35,511 nucleotides of DNA from Thermomicrobiales bacterium (GCA_036280495.1 DASUQU010000074.1:1-35511), one strand, 5' to 3'; positions 15,726 through 26,262 are shown, numbered from the stretch's first letter. Numbers and translations are program-made. The notes: a model not told the origin generated them from the sequence alone.

Positions 15726-16637
15726 ATGATCGATGCCATGTTGCTGGGGACGGGCGGCATGATGCCGCTGCCTGGCCGCTGGCTCTCCAGTCTTCTCATC
15801 CGGGTCAATGGGCATCTGACTCTCTTCGATTGTGGCGAGGGGACGCAAATTGCCTGGCGAAAGTCGGGTTGGGGATTCCGGCGCCTCGCGGCAGTCTGCA
15901 TATCGCATGCCCATGCGGACCACATCGCGGGACTCCCAGGACTCCTGCATGCTGTCGCTAATTCAGGTCGAACGGAGCCAATCGACATATTCGGACCGGC
16001 GGGTACTGCCGAGGTCCTGCGGGCGCTCCGCGTGATCGCCCCGGTATTGCCCTATGAGGTTCGCGTGACGGAATTGCTCGGTGGCGAACGTATTTCGCTA
16101 CCTGGATCACTGATCGGTTCCTGCGAACCGGGAGATCACGCACTGCCTGTACTCGCCTATCGAGTTGATCTCAACCGTGGCAGGGCTTTCTTACCAGACC
16201 GGACACGCAAGCTCGGTGTTCCGATTGGCCTATGGAGCCAGCTGCAGGACGGCGACCCCGTGACTTGGGCGCGGGGTCATGCGATTGCTGAGGAGGTGCT
16301 CGGGCCCCCTCGTCCTGGGCTTGCCGTCGCATATGTCACGGATACTCGACCGGTACCGAGTTTGCCGCGGTTTCTGCAGAGAGTCGATCTTCTGGTCTGC
16401 GAAGGTACGTACGGCAGCGACGAAGACCTTCCCAAAGCCGTGCGCAACCGGCACATGACATTCCGCGAGGCGGCAGCGCTGGCCCGGGACGCGGACGCCA
16501 AACGCCTCTGGATCACGCACTTCAGCCCGGCATTAGAAGATCCAGACGCATTTGCGGCGAATGCCAAGAGTGTTTTTTCCCAGGCACAGATTGGGCTCGA
16601 TGGGTTGAAGATCAAGCTGGCGTTTCCGGACGAGTAA
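15726..16637 (+). CDS. rnz: Ribonuclease Z / metallo-beta-lactamase fold tRNA 3' endonuclease
   Basis: Contains MLLGTGGMMPLPGRWLSSLLIRVNG..LFDCGEGTQ, the HxHxDH motif ISHAHADHIAGLPGLL, and C-terminal LWITHFSPAL. The start is uncertain (TTG 15672, ATG 15726 or ATG 15738). Confidence 0.85.
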   Translation: MIDAMLLGTGGMMPLPGRWLSSLLIRVNGHLTLFDCGEGTQIAWRKSGWGFRRLAAVCISHAHADHIAGLPGLLHAVANSGRTEPIDIFGPAGTAEVLRALRVIAPVLPYEVRVTELLGGERISLPGSLIGSCEPGDHALPVLAYRVDLNRGRAFLPDRTRKLGVPIGLWSQLQDGDPVTWARGHAIAEEVLGPPRPGLAVAYVTDTRPVPSLPRFLQRVDLLVCEGTYGSDEDLPKAVRNRHMTFREAAALARDADAKRLWITHFSPALEDPDAFAANAKSVFSQAQIGLDGLKIKLAFPDE

Positions 16638-16641
16638 GCCG

Positions 16642-17526
16642 TTACTCGATGTTCTGGCGTTCGCGACCTGCAAGAACTTGAGTGCGCTGGTAGGCGGCAT
16701 AGACAGCCCGCGACAAGACTGTGCGCAGACCGCCTTTCTCCATCTGGTAGATCGCCTCCGCCGAGGTACCACCCGGCGAGGTCACCATATTGCGTAGCTC
16801 CGCCATGTGCTTGCCGGAGTCCCGCGCAAAGGCCACCGAACCTGAAACGGTCTGCAAGACGATTTGCTCGGCGATCCGGCGCGGGAATCCCATGTGCACG
16901 CCGGCGTCGATCAACGCCTCCATCATGAGAAAGACGTACGTCGGACCCGTTCCCGAGAGGGCCGTGGCCATGTCGACATATTTTTCCTCATCGACCCACA
17001 GTTCCTCACCGAGCGCGCCGAGCACAGCCTGCACCCGCGATCGTTGCTTGTCGGTGACGCCAGGTGTGGTACTCCAGACGCTCATCGCCTGACCGACCTG
17101 GGCCGGGGTGTTCGGCATGACCCGTGCAATCGCCTGATGTCCGAGACCATGGAGCAAGACATCGATCGGCGCCCCGGCGATTACCGAGACGACCACCTGC
17201 TCGGGTGAGAGCGACCCGGATAGCTGTCGCATTACTGCTTGCAGGACTTGTGGCTTGATCGTGAGGACGACCAGGTCCGCGCCTTGAGCGGCCCCGATAT
17301 TGCTTTCTGTGGTGAGGATGCCGAATCGCTCTTCGAGCCTCTGGCGCCGATCTTCGCGGGGATGACTTGCGATTACGTGGTCCGGAGGAATCAGATCCTT
17401 CTTGAGGAGCCCGACGATCATCGATTCGGCCATCACGCCGGCGCCGACAAAGGCGATGCGCACGTCACCGAGGGGATTCGCGTAGCTGAGCGCGCCGTCC
17501 TGTCCTGTCTCGGCAATATCGGCCAC
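16642..17526 (-). CDS. proC: Pyrroline-5-carboxylate reductase
   Basis: Contains VRIAFVGAGVMAESMIVGLL (NADP-binding), PNTPAQVGQAMS and VTSPGGTSAEAI. GTG 17526 has a perfect GGAGG with a 6-nt spacer. The track start at 17601 adds 25 non-conserved residues. Confidence 0.9.
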   Translation of the reverse strand: MADIAETGQDGALSYANPLGDVRIAFVGAGVMAESMIVGLLKKDLIPPDHVIASHPREDRRQRLEERFGILTTESNIGAAQGADLVVLTIKPQVLQAVMRQLSGSLSPEQVVVSVIAGAPIDVLLHGLGHQAIARVMPNTPAQVGQAMSVWSTTPGVTDKQRSRVQAVLGALGEELWVDEEKYVDMATALSGTGPTYVFLMMEALIDAGVHMGFPRRIAEQIVLQTVSGSVAFARDSGKHMAELRNMVTSPGGTSAEAIYQMEKGGLRTVLSRAVYAAYQRTQVLAGRERQNIE

Positions 17527-17630
17527 GTGATTCCTCCATTGGTCGCCCTGTGCCACCATTGTACCGAGTGCTCGCAGCGGGTTCGCGCTGTCGCCGGCCA
17601 TGAAATTTACGCAGAAGAAAGCGAGTTACT

Positions 17631-19703
17631 GTGCCCAATCGCCTGGCTGCCGAAACCAGTCCGTACCTGCTCCAGCATGCGGAGAATCCCGTCGACTGGT
17701 ACCCGTGGGGAGACGAGGCCCTGACCAAAGCTCGCTTAGAGGACAAGCCAATCTTGGTCAGCGTCGGCTACTCCGCCTGCCACTGGTGCCATGTCATGGA
17801 GCACGAGTCGTTCGAGAACGAAGAGATCGCGGCGACGATGAACGACCTCTTCGTCAACATCAAGGTCGACCGGGAGGAGCGCCCGGACCTCGACTCGCTC
17901 TACATGTCCGCTGTGCAATCGATGACAGGGCACGGCGGCTGGCCGCTCAACGTGTTCCTGACACCGGATGGCACTCCCTTTTACGGCGGAACCTATTTCC
18001 CTCCTGAGGACCGCATGGGGATGCCTGGATTTCCAAAGGTCCTGGAAGCGGTCGCCAGTGCATTCAAGGAGCGACGGGAGGAGGTCGAGGAGAACGCGCA
18101 GCAGATCCGTAGCCTTCTACAGCGAGCGACGAAAGAGCTGCCAAAGCCCGATGACCTCACCCCGGAGCTCCTCGCGGAGGCATCCGAGCAGCTCGCCCAC
18201 TCATTCGATGCCCGCAACGGTGGATTCGGGGGAGCACCCAAGTTTCCGCAGCCAGCCGCGATCGAATTCTTGCTGCGGCACGATAAGCGCGGCGGCCAGC
18301 GAGAAGCGATCATGGTGCAGCGGACGCTCGACCGCATGGCCAGCGGCGGTATCTATGACCAGATCGGCGGCGGCTTTCACCGCTACGCTGTCGACGCGAT
18401 CTGGCTCGTACCGCACTTCGAGAAGATGCTCTATGACAACGCGCAACTCGCCTCCGTCTACCTTGCGGGGTTTCAAGCGTACGGTGACGAGCGTTACCGG
18501 CAGGTCGCCGAGGAGACACTCGACTTCGTTGCGCGCGAGCTAACCGATCCAGATGGTGGATTCTATGCCACGCTGGACGCCGATACCGCGGGACACGAAG
18601 GCCTCTTTTACACCTGGACGACCGAAGAATTGGACGAGGCGCTCGGCGAGGAAGACACCGCGATCGCCAAGCGATGGTTCAACGTCGAACCCGCCGGCAA
18701 TTTCGAAGGGCGTACGGTACTGGCCACACCGCGCACGGCCGCCGATATAGCCGACCGGCTCGGGGTCAGCGAAGCGGCGCTGATGGAATCGCTCGTTCGC
18801 GTCAAGCAGCGTTTGCTGGAAGTACGGGAGCAGAGAGAACGCCCGGGTCGGGATGAGAAAGTCATAACGGCCTGGAACGGGCTCATGTTGAGAGCGTTCG
18901 CCGACGGTTCGCGAATTCTCCATCGGGACGATTTTCGCGGTGTGGCAGAAAGGAATGCCGAATTCGTTCTCGAGCACTTGCAACGAGACGGCCGCCTCCT
19001 TCGCAGTTGGAAGAACAGCGACGCTCGCATTGGTGGCTTCCTCGAGGACTACGCCTTCTTCATTGACGGTCTGCTCGCACTCTATCGGGCGACGCTTGAC
19101 GTCCGCTGGCTGGATGAGGCGATGCGGCTCGCGGAGGTGATGGTGGCGGAGTTTGCCGATCCGGCTGGAGTAGGCTTCTTCGACACAAGCGCGAGCCACG
19201 AGACCCCCGTCGCGCGTCCGCGGGATCTCCACGACGGCGCAACGCCCTCCGGCAATTCAGTGGCGGCGGAGGTGCTATTACGGCTGGGAGCCCTGACCGC
19301 CAATGAGGACTATTCTGCTCGTGCCAGCGAGTTGCTGCGGACGATGGCGAGCACGATGCGCGAGCACCCACTCGCCGCTGGTCGTTATCTCAGTGCAGTC
19401 GACTTCTATCTGGGACCGGTGAAGGAAGTCGCGCTGGCAGGAGACCGCGATAGCCCGGACCTGCAAGCATTGCTGAATGCACTGTACGACGAATTTGAAC
19501 CGAATGTCATCGTGGGCTATGTCGATCAGGATCGAGGCGACCTAACAGACCGGTTGCCGTTCCTTCAAGATCGACCACCTCGCGACGGACGCGCCACGGC
19601 CTACGTCTGTGAGCACTTTGCCTGCCTGCCGCCAGTGCACGATCCCGAAGGGCTGCTCCGGCAACTGAACGAGGGAACCGGGATCAGCTGGAGAGATTTC
19701 TGA
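17631..19703 (+). CDS. Thioredoxin-domain protein of the DUF255/YyaL family (thioredoxin-like N-domain + six-hairpin alpha/alpha domain)
   Basis: Contains [86 protein letters not shown] and [25 protein letters not shown] start at 17631. Confidence 0.9.
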   Translation: MPNRLAAETSPYLLQHAENPVDWYPWGDEALTKARLEDKPILVSVGYSACHWCHVMEHESFENEEIAATMNDLFVNIKVDREERPDLDSLYMSAVQSMTGHGGWPLNVFLTPDGTPFYGGTYFPPEDRMGMPGFPKVLEAVASAFKERREEVEENAQQIRSLLQRATKELPKPDDLTPELLAEASEQLAHSFDARNGGFGGAPKFPQPAAIEFLLRHDKRGGQREAIMVQRTLDRMASGGIYDQIGGGFHRYAVDAIWLVPHFEKMLYDNAQLASVYLAGFQAYGDERYRQVAEETLDFVARELTDPDGGFYATLDADTAGHEGLFYTWTTEELDEALGEEDTAIAKRWFNVEPAGNFEGRTVLATPRTAADIADRLGVSEAALMESLVRVKQRLLEVREQRERPGRDEKVITAWNGLMLRAFADGSRILHRDDFRGVAERNAEFVLEHLQRDGRLLRSWKNSDARIGGFLEDYAFFIDGLLALYRATLDVRWLDEAMRLAEVMVAEFADPAGVGFFDTSASHETPVARPRDLHDGATPSGNSVAAEVLLRLGALTANEDYSARASELLRTMASTMREHPLAAGRYLSAVDFYLGPVKEVALAGDRDSPDLQALLNALYDEFEPNVIVGYVDQDRGDLTDRLPFLQDRPPRDGRATAYVCEHFACLPPVHDPEGLLRQLNEGTGISWRDF

Positions 19704-19705
19704 GC

Positions 19706-20479
19706 ATGCCCGATTTATTTCTCGAACTTCGAGATGAGTCGGGCGGCGGAGAGCAGACTCCAGCCCCCTTACCAGAAGACGACGCGCTCGAGCTCTTGCG
19801 CAACGCGGAGTTCAGCGCGTCGCGTCTGATTCCCTGGGGATCGAACTACTCGTTCGCGGTGGCACTCGAGGCTGCCGACGGCCGCAGTCAGCTCGCAATT
19901 TACAAACCTCGCGCAGGTGAGGCCCCGCTCTATGACTTTCCCGAGGGTACGCTCTATCTACGAGAGCTGGCGGCTTATCTCTTTAGCCGATGGGCTGGGT
20001 GGAACCTCGTTCCGCCAACTGTTATTCGTGACGGTCCGCACGGCGTCGGCAGCGTTCAACTCTACGTTCAACCGGAAGGCGATCGTCAAGACCGCCATGA
20101 CTTCTGGAGCAGCCGCGACCCGGCCATTGAACGAATGGTCCTCTTCGATCACATCGCCAACAACGCGGACCGGAAGATCAGCCACTGCCTGCGAGACGCG
20201 ACCGGCAAAGTGTGGGGCATTGATCACGGGCTGACGTTCAATCGCGAGCCAAAATTGCGAACTGTGCTGTGGCAATTCGTGGGCGAACCGATCTCTCCGC
20301 CATTGCGACGAGAGCTGATGGATTTGCAGGGCCGCAGCCAGGAGTTGCGCGAGACGTTAGAAGACGTGATCGATCGGAGAGAGATCGAGGCTCTCATGGA
20401 ACGGATCTCCAGGTTCGCAATTCACGGGTGTTACCCGGCGCTCAACCCGAGACGGAACGTTCCGTACGGCTGGTGGTGA
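19706..20479 (+). CDS. PI3/PI4-kinase-like (SCO1664-type) uncharacterised protein
   Basis: Contains GSNYSFAVAL..LAIYKPRAGEAPLYDFPEGTLYLRELAAY, then FDHIANNADRKISHCL and WGIDHGLTF (catalytic-loop and DxG-like motifs). The start is 2 nt after the upstream stop. Confidence 0.65.
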   Translation: MPDLFLELRDESGGGEQTPAPLPEDDALELLRNAEFSASRLIPWGSNYSFAVALEAADGRSQLAIYKPRAGEAPLYDFPEGTLYLRELAAYLFSRWAGWNLVPPTVIRDGPHGVGSVQLYVQPEGDRQDRHDFWSSRDPAIERMVLFDHIANNADRKISHCLRDATGKVWGIDHGLTFNREPKLRTVLWQFVGEPISPPLRRELMDLQGRSQELRETLEDVIDRREIEALMERISRFAIHGCYPALNPRRNVPYGWW

Positions 20480-20488
20480 AGCGCGGGC

Positions 20489-21847
20489 TCAATGTCTGAC
20501 GGCTATGGTCAACTCGGGTAGCTCGCGGCGGCCGCGTTCGTAGTCCTCGACCCGCTGGCGGAACATCCACCAGACTAACGCTGACGCGGGCGCCGAGGTG
20601 AGTACAAAGCCGGTCCAGACCCAACCCATACCGGCGTCGAACCAGCGCACGCCAATCCAGGCCAGGAGAACGGAAAGCCACATCGTCGATGCGCCGACGA
20701 TGAGCGGCGTGCGCGTGTCGCCACTCCCTCGTAGGCTCCCGCTGCTGACGAACCAAATAGCCCAGAACGGCAGGGCGAAGCTGAGCGCGCGTAGCGCGCT
20801 AACACCGGACGAAATCACTTCCGGATCGGACGAGAAGATCCGCATGAGCTGCTCACTGAAGATGAACACCAGCACGCCCCCGACGCCAAGCCAGATAAGA
20901 GCCCATTGCAGTGAGATGCTCCACGCCTTTCGCGCGTCGGACGGAAGACGCGCGCCGATGCTCTGACCGACGAGGGCGGTTGCGGTGACCGAGAACGCAA
21001 TTCCAGGCAGAAACGCCGTCGAAAGCGCGGTAAAGGCAATCTGCTGGGCGGCGAGAGCGGGTGTCCCGATGAGAGCCACGACCGCGAGCAGGACCATGAA
21101 CGCACCGGACGACAGCATCTGCTCGACCGCCGCCGGGATACCAAGTGCGAAGAGCTGGCGCCCGGTTGTCACGTAGGGACGCCAGCCCCAGGCACCATGC
21201 AACGAGATCGCCTTATTCCCGCGGGCCATCGCAAGCAGCATGTAGGCTGCGCCGAACCCACGACCGGCCGCGGCACCGAAGGCGCTCCCGGCGACACCGA
21301 GCGCTGGGAAACCAAAGTTCCCGAATATCAGCGTGTAGGCGACCGCGATGTTGATGATGTTGGCCAGCACCGCTGCCGCGAGCGGAGTACGGCTGTCGCC
21401 TGCACCACGGAGCACGGCTCCGCAGACGAAGGAGAGGAACAGTGCAACGCTGGTGGCAGCCGTTATCTCCAAATAGGTCGTCGCAGCCTCGGCAACGTCC
21501 GGCTCGGTGCCGAAGAGCCCGATGATCGACTCTGCGGCGAGATAGACACCGATTGAAACCGGGATTGCCAGAATCAAACCCCAAACGATGGCCTGCCGTG
21601 CGAGCTGGTTCGCGCGTCGCTGATCACCGCTGCCGATGGCTTGCGAAACGAGAACTGTCGCGCCGACATTGATCGCCGACAGAATCGAGATGATGAAGAA
21701 GACGATCTCGAAACCGGTTCCCACCCCAGCAACGGCGGCGGCACCCAGCCGCGCAACCATGAAGGTGTCGACAGCGCCGACCAGCGTCTGCAGCAGGTTT
21801 TCACCGATGATCGGCGTCGCCAGCGAGAGCACTCGCCGCTGCGTCAT
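20489..21847 (-). CDS. MATE family efflux transporter
   Basis: Contains MTQRRVLSLATPIIGENLLQTLVGAVDTFMVARLG and about 12 hydrophobic segments. The second-half repeat reads QLFALGIPAAVEQMLSSGAFMVLLAVVA. ATG 21847 gives the typical length of about 452 aa. The 89-codon upstream extension of the track ORF is non-conserved and Pro/Arg-rich. Confidence 0.88.
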   Translation of the reverse strand: MTQRRVLSLATPIIGENLLQTLVGAVDTFMVARLGAAAVAGVGTGFEIVFFIISILSAINVGATVLVSQAIGSGDQRRANQLARQAIVWGLILAIPVSIGVYLAAESIIGLFGTEPDVAEAATTYLEITAATSVALFLSFVCGAVLRGAGDSRTPLAAAVLANIINIAVAYTLIFGNFGFPALGVAGSAFGAAAGRGFGAAYMLLAMARGNKAISLHGAWGWRPYVTTGRQLFALGIPAAVEQMLSSGAFMVLLAVVALIGTPALAAQQIAFTALSTAFLPGIAFSVTATALVGQSIGARLPSDARKAWSISLQWALIWLGVGGVLVFIFSEQLMRIFSSDPEVISSGVSALRALSFALPFWAIWFVSSGSLRGSGDTRTPLIVGASTMWLSVLLAWIGVRWFDAGMGWVWTGFVLTSAPASALVWWMFRQRVEDYERGRRELPELTIAVRH

Positions 21848-22167
21848 GGGTTTCGGTGGAGCGGATGCGGGTAGGGGCGCGAATTCTGGGATGAGCTCTG
21901 GCGCCGCCGGTGCCTCGACAGCCTCGAGCGCTTCGTCGATTGTTGTATCCACTCTCCCCCCCGACGCCAGAGCAGGACCGCTCAGGCCCGACGGAGGATA
22001 CCCGAGGCAAATCCGGGGCGCACGACGCTTTGCTGGATCGCAGGGCAGCCGGACAACGAGTGTGCGCGAAATGTGAAGGATATTCGGGTGCTGGTGCGGT
22101 ACTCTGGGGAGCAATCAATGCTGCACGGCGGCTCGAAGAAGCGGACGCTGGAAATTCGGGGGTCGCA

Positions 22168-22476
22168 ATGAACGGACGCGATAGCGTGAGTGGAACGCAG
22201 GGCGGGCGCTTCCAGTGGGGAAGTTTTGGTTTCTTTGCGGGTGTTCTTCTCGGTGTCCTGCTGGGATGGTTCTTCGCTGGGTTCGTGGGCGCATTCATTC
22301 GCGTCGCGATGGTAGCCCTGATTATCGTCCCCGTCGTTATTGCTTACCTGGGCTGGCGTAGATACATCGCACCGTGGCTGCGGCCACCGGCGGAGCGCCA
22401 CTACGTTGGTCCTGCTAACGCGATTGAGACCCGTGCCGTCGTGCGTGGCGGGGTGCCGGATCCGCGGACGCGGTGA
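22168..22476 (+). CDS. Small hypothetical membrane protein (two predicted TM segments)
   Basis: ATG 22168 reads MNGRDSVSGTQGGRFQWGSFGFFAGVLLGVLLGWFFAGFVGAFIRVAMVALIIVPVVIAYLGW.. . Its stop overlaps the next start (GTGA at 22473-22476). Confidence 0.5.
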   Translation: MNGRDSVSGTQGGRFQWGSFGFFAGVLLGVLLGWFFAGFVGAFIRVAMVALIIVPVVIAYLGWRRYIAPWLRPPAERHYVGPANAIETRAVVRGGVPDPRTR

Positions 22477-23270
22477 TCCTGGGATCGCGTGATCTCCTGA
22501 TCGTCGGCGAGCTCGCCACAGTTACATTCCTCATCGGACTCTTAATTGGCTTCGTGGGTGCTGGCGGCGCCGGGGTTGCAGTCGCGATCTTGACGACGGG
22601 GTTTGGCCTGCCGGCTCACACGGCGATCGGCACCGCAATCGCGGCCATGTTTTTCGTCACCGTCTCAGGAGCCATTTCGCACCTGCGAGAGGGAAACGTC
22701 GCGCAGCGCCTTGGTCTCGTTGTCGGGATTGCAGGCGCAGTCGGTGCGGTTCTCGGGGCGGACACGAGCCAGGCGATTGACGATCGGACGCTGGCAATGG
22801 CCGCTGGGCTCGCCCTCTGGGGTCTTGCAGCTCTGATGTGGGTGAGAACGCGATTGACCGGCTCTGTCCCCGTGACACGTGAGCTGGTGTGGCAGGGAGA
22901 ATCCCTCAGATCCCACCGCGAGTGGCTCGCTGGAATTGGACTCGGCGCCACGGGAGGGGCCGCAGCCGCTTTTCTCGGCGTCGGCATGGCCCCGTTCATA
23001 CAACTTGGACTCTTCACGGTGCATCACCTGCCGTTGCGGCAGACCGTCGGCACAACGATGCTGGTGCTGGTATTCATTAGCGCCTCGGGGGGCGCCGCAT
23101 TGGCCCGCCACGGCGATGTCTCGCTGCCGCATCTCTTGGGGCTGACCATTGGTCTGGCGTCGGGGGCATACATCGGTGCGCGCTTCACCCGACGAGCGCC
23201 GCGACGAGTCCTACGCTCGGCGGTCGTCGCCATCCCGTTCATTGCCGGGGCAATGCTGCTGTTCCTCTGA
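22473..23270 (+). CDS. TauE/SafE (TSUP, DUF81) family anion-exporter-like membrane protein
   Basis: Eight hydrophobic segments are present. There are two copies of the family G-rich motif: LLIGFVGAGGAGVAVAILT and IGLGATGGAAAAFLGVGMAP. Confidence 0.85.
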   Translation: MILGSRDLLIVGELATVTFLIGLLIGFVGAGGAGVAVAILTTGFGLPAHTAIGTAIAAMFFVTVSGAISHLREGNVAQRLGLVVGIAGAVGAVLGADTSQAIDDRTLAMAAGLALWGLAALMWVRTRLTGSVPVTRELVWQGESLRSHREWLAGIGLGATGGAAAAFLGVGMAPFIQLGLFTVHHLPLRQTVGTTMLVLVFISASGGAALARHGDVSLPHLLGLTIGLASGAYIGARFTRRAPRRVLRSAVVAIPFIAGAMLLFL

Positions 23271-23292
23271 CCGGCTCCTCGAGCTCCTACAG

Positions 23293-24306
23293 TCAGGCGC
23301 TCGTTCCTGCCACCTGAACCTTCAGGCCCTTGCCGGTGCGCACGTGGGCGACGGCTTCCGGGAACTGATCGAGCGTGTAGGTATCCGACACCATCCGCTC
23401 GGTGTCGATCGCTCCAGAGTTGAGGATGTCGATGGCGGGACCATACGAGTTGAGGACAGCCATCGTCCCCAGGATCGAGATCTCTTCGTTATAGATCTTG
23501 AACGCGTCGTAGCTGGCCTTTTCTCCCGGCGGGCAGACGCCGAAGAGGAGAAGTTTTCCGCGCCGCTTGACCGCGTCGATTGCCGCTTCGGCCACCTTCG
23601 TCACACCGGTCGCTTCTATGACGTTGTCGAACCCCCGCGGAGCGATGGACCTAAGATCTTCGAGATTTGTCGCCACGTATTCAAAGCCGAAATCGCTCTT
23701 TGCCCTCTCGAGCCGACTGGGATTGATGTCGATCAGTGCGACGAGGCTTGCCCCGTTGTAGCGGGCGACTTGGGCGTTCAGCAGCCCCATCGGTCCCGCG
23801 CCGTAGATGAGATAGGTCTCTCCCGTCTGCGGTTGCAAGCGGTGGAAGCCGCGTACCACGCAGGAGACCGGCTCGATCAGTGCGGCGGCCTTCATCGACA
23901 TGTTCTCGGGGATGGGATACACGACTCGCTCGGGAACGGCGACGTATTCCGCGAACCCACCAGCGTGATGGCCCACGCCGACCGCGTTCCAGCGCTCGCA
24001 GAGGTTTCCCATGCCGCGTTGACAGAAGTAGCACGCACCGCAGTTCAGCGTGGGATCAACTCCGACGCGATCGCCGACGGAAATATCCTTGACGGTCTCG
24101 CCGACTGCCGTCACTTCACCGCCGAACTCGTGGCCGATGATGATCGGATAGACCGTCGGCGGAAACTCGCCGTCGATGATGTGGATATCGGTGCCGCAGA
24201 TTCCGCAGGCGCCAACCCGGAGGACAACCTCATCAGGTCCCGGTTCTGGTTCTTCGACATCAACGACCCGAACCTTGCCAGGCTCGTCGACCATGACCGC
24301 TTTCAT
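23293..24306 (-). CDS. Zinc-dependent medium-chain alcohol/polyol dehydrogenase (sorbitol/threonine dehydrogenase-like)
   Basis: Contains GACGICGTDIHIIDGEFP, GHEFGGEV, the structural-Zn region CGACYFCQRGMGNLC, and the Rossmann fold LIYGAGPMGLL. It is the last gene of the sugar ABC operon, with SD GGAGG before ATG 24306. Confidence 0.9.
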   Translation of the reverse strand: MKAVMVDEPGKVRVVDVEEPEPGPDEVVLRVGACGICGTDIHIIDGEFPPTVYPIIIGHEFGGEVTAVGETVKDISVGDRVGVDPTLNCGACYFCQRGMGNLCERWNAVGVGHHAGGFAEYVAVPERVVYPIPENMSMKAAALIEPVSCVVRGFHRLQPQTGETYLIYGAGPMGLLNAQVARYNGASLVALIDINPSRLERAKSDFGFEYVATNLEDLRSIAPRGFDNVIEATGVTKVAEAAIDAVKRRGKLLLFGVCPPGEKASYDAFKIYNEEISILGTMAVLNSYGPAIDILNSGAIDTERMVSDTYTLDQFPEAVAHVRTGKGLKVQVAGTSA

Positions 24307-24406
24307 CGCAGACCTCCGGTGCTTACTTGTAGCAATCGACTTTGGGCTTGATAGGCCATGACTGACCAGTGACTTCGGGGAGGATAAGCTCCTCCGGCGG
24401 TCGCAG

Positions 24407-25309
24407 CTATTTCACGGCCCCCATGGAGAGGCCGCGCACCAGTTGACGCTGCGCCAGCCAGCCAAGCAAGACGATCGGGAACACAGCCATAGTGCACGAG
24501 GCGGCCAACTTCGCCCAGAACAATCCCTCCGACGTCACAAAGCGAACCATGAACATCGGCACGGTCGACTCTTTTGGCGCCAGGTTATAGGCAAGGAAGA
24601 ACTCGTTCCAGGCAAAAATGATCGAGATAAAAATCGTCGCTACCAAGCCAGGTGCGACCATAGGCAGAACGATCTGGAGCATTTCACGCGGCAGACCGGC
24701 GCCATCGACTCGGGCCGCGTCGAGCACGTCGCGCGGTACTTCCTCGAAGAATGAGCGTAGCATCCAGATGGCGATCGGCAAGTTCATCGCCGTGTAGAGA
24801 AGGATCAGTCCGGGCAACGTTCCGAGCAGGTTCAGGCCCCGGCCGCCGAGCTGGGGATCGCCAGTGGGGCTGAAGATCACGTAGAGCGGCACGATGACCC
24901 CGGCCACGGGTAGGAACCGTGTGGAGATGAAGAAAAACAGGATGTCTTTCCATTTCTTGGGCCGATAGAGCGCCAGGGCGTACGCGCAGGGAATGGCAAG
25001 GAGCATCACGAAGAAGGTCGAGATCAGTGAGGTCATAATCGAGTTGCGGAAGAACGGCAGGAAGTTGATGCCAAAGACGGCTTCATAATTTTCGAACGTC
25101 GGCCAGAAGACGAGCTTCGGCGGAAGCTCGACCGCAGCATTCTCGGTCTTGAACCCGGTCAGGAACATGTAGAGTACTGGGAAAAAGACGATCAGCCCGA
25201 CGATCCAGGCGGTGATTGCCCAGAGCGGCGACGCCGTCTCCTTTGAGAATCCGCGGCCGGTGCCCAATCTATTGAGCCACCTAGTGCGCTGCGTTGAGAG
25301 TGTTGCCAT
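24407..25309 (-). CDS. Carbohydrate ABC transporter permease (MalG-like)
   Basis: Six TM segments and the EAA loop DAARVDGAGLPREMLQIVLPMVAPGL. Confidence 0.9.
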   Translation of the reverse strand: MATLSTQRTRWLNRLGTGRGFSKETASPLWAITAWIVGLIVFFPVLYMFLTGFKTENAAVELPPKLVFWPTFENYEAVFGINFLPFFRNSIMTSLISTFFVMLLAIPCAYALALYRPKKWKDILFFFISTRFLPVAGVIVPLYVIFSPTGDPQLGGRGLNLLGTLPGLILLYTAMNLPIAIWMLRSFFEEVPRDVLDAARVDGAGLPREMLQIVLPMVAPGLVATIFISIIFAWNEFFLAYNLAPKESTVPMFMVRFVTSEGLFWAKLAASCTMAVFPIVLLGWLAQRQLVRGLSMGAVK

Positions 25310-25311
25310 GG

Positions 25312-26262
25312 TTACGCCTCGCGTCGTTCGAGCATGCGGTCCAGCAGGCGTACGAGGAACGTAATGGCCACGATCGAGATCAAGACGACGATGACGCCGA
25401 GGGCCGCGCCGCGGCCGATGTCGAACGACTCACGAGCTTTCTCGTAGACGAGATAGGGGAGTGTAGTTGTCGCATCACCGGGACCACCGCCGGTCATCAT
25501 GAAGATGGGATCGATCTCCTGGACGATGAAGACGGTGCCCAGCAGACCGCCGAGTTGCATGAATCGCCAGAGCTGCGGGAGCGTGATATCCAAAAACTCT
25601 TGCTTGGCGGTCGCGCCGTCGACACGGGCAGCCTCCCGCACCTCCTCGGAGATCGACTGCATCCCCGCAAGCAGAATCAACATCATGAACGGAGCCCAGC
25701 GCCAAACAATGACCGCAATTACCGAGAGCATGGGAAATTCGTCAAGCCAACTGGGTCCGGGGTTCCCCGGCAACACCGTGTTGACCGTCCAGTCGACGAC
25801 GCCGTAATTCGGGTTGAGTAATTGGTTTTTCCATGTCAGCGCCGCCGCCGCGGGCATGATCAGGAATGGCGTGATCAGCATCGTCCGTACAATCCCCCGC
25901 CCGGGAAAGCGGTGATTGACCAGCTCGGCGTAGAGCAGTCCAAGTGCTAAAGACGCGAGCACAGAACCAACGACGAAGACGACCGTATTGGTAATGGCTT
26001 CCAGGAAGGCGGGGTCTCGCGTGACCAAGAAAATGTAGTTATCAAACCCGACAAATGCGCGGCGCTCCGGCCGGTTGAGATTCCAGCGTTGAAGGCTGTA
26101 CCAAATGGTGAGCAGGAATGGTGCTTGGGTTACCAGGATTGCGAATATGAGCGCCGGCATGACTAGCAGCCGGCCGATCTCGTGATCGCCCAAACCCCGC
26201 TTGGCGGCTGGCGCTGCGCGGAGCAATGTTCGCCTGCGTGTCGGCGTTTCCGCAATCGCCAT
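25312..26262 (-). CDS. Carbohydrate ABC transporter permease (MalF-like)
   Basis: EAA loop EAARVDGATAKQEFLDITLPQLWRFM and multiple TM segments. ATG 26262 has GGAG about 10 nt upstream. GTG 26283 is an alternative start. Confidence 0.9.
   Translation of the reverse strand: MAIAETPTRRRTLLRAAPAAKRGLGDHEIGRLLVMPALIFAILVTQAPFLLTIWYSLQRWNLNRPERRAFVGFDNYIFLVTRDPAFLEAITNTVVFVVGSVLASLALGLLYAELVNHRFPGRGIVRTMLITPFLIMPAAAALTWKNQLLNPNYGVVDWTVNTVLPGNPGPSWLDEFPMLSVIAVIVWRWAPFMMLILLAGMQSISEEVREAARVDGATAKQEFLDITLPQLWRFMQLGGLLGTVFIVQEIDPIFMMTGGGPGDATTTLPYLVYEKARESFDIGRGAALGVIVVLISIVAITFLVRLLDRMLERREA

Noticed and set aside
21848-22114. An 89-codon N-terminal extension of the MATE ORF. The track also gives similar upstream extensions for the binding protein (27807-27989), proC (17527-17601), gdh (3492-3569) and the CapA-like gene (30265-30408).
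   Set aside because: The extensions are non-conserved and low-complexity, or overlap the preceding gene. Internal starts give typical family lengths, and several have strong GGAGG-type RBSs.
21848-22167. Possible riboswitch in the 320-nt region upstream of the MATE exporter (e.g. ykkC/guanidine class). I also looked for a purine riboswitch upstream of guaA (15074-15121).
   Set aside because: I could not find the conserved cores (e.g. CUAGGGUUCCG / GGGA..AAAGCCCGGGAGA for ykkC). The guaA leader is only 48 nt. A covariance-model scan would be needed to be certain.
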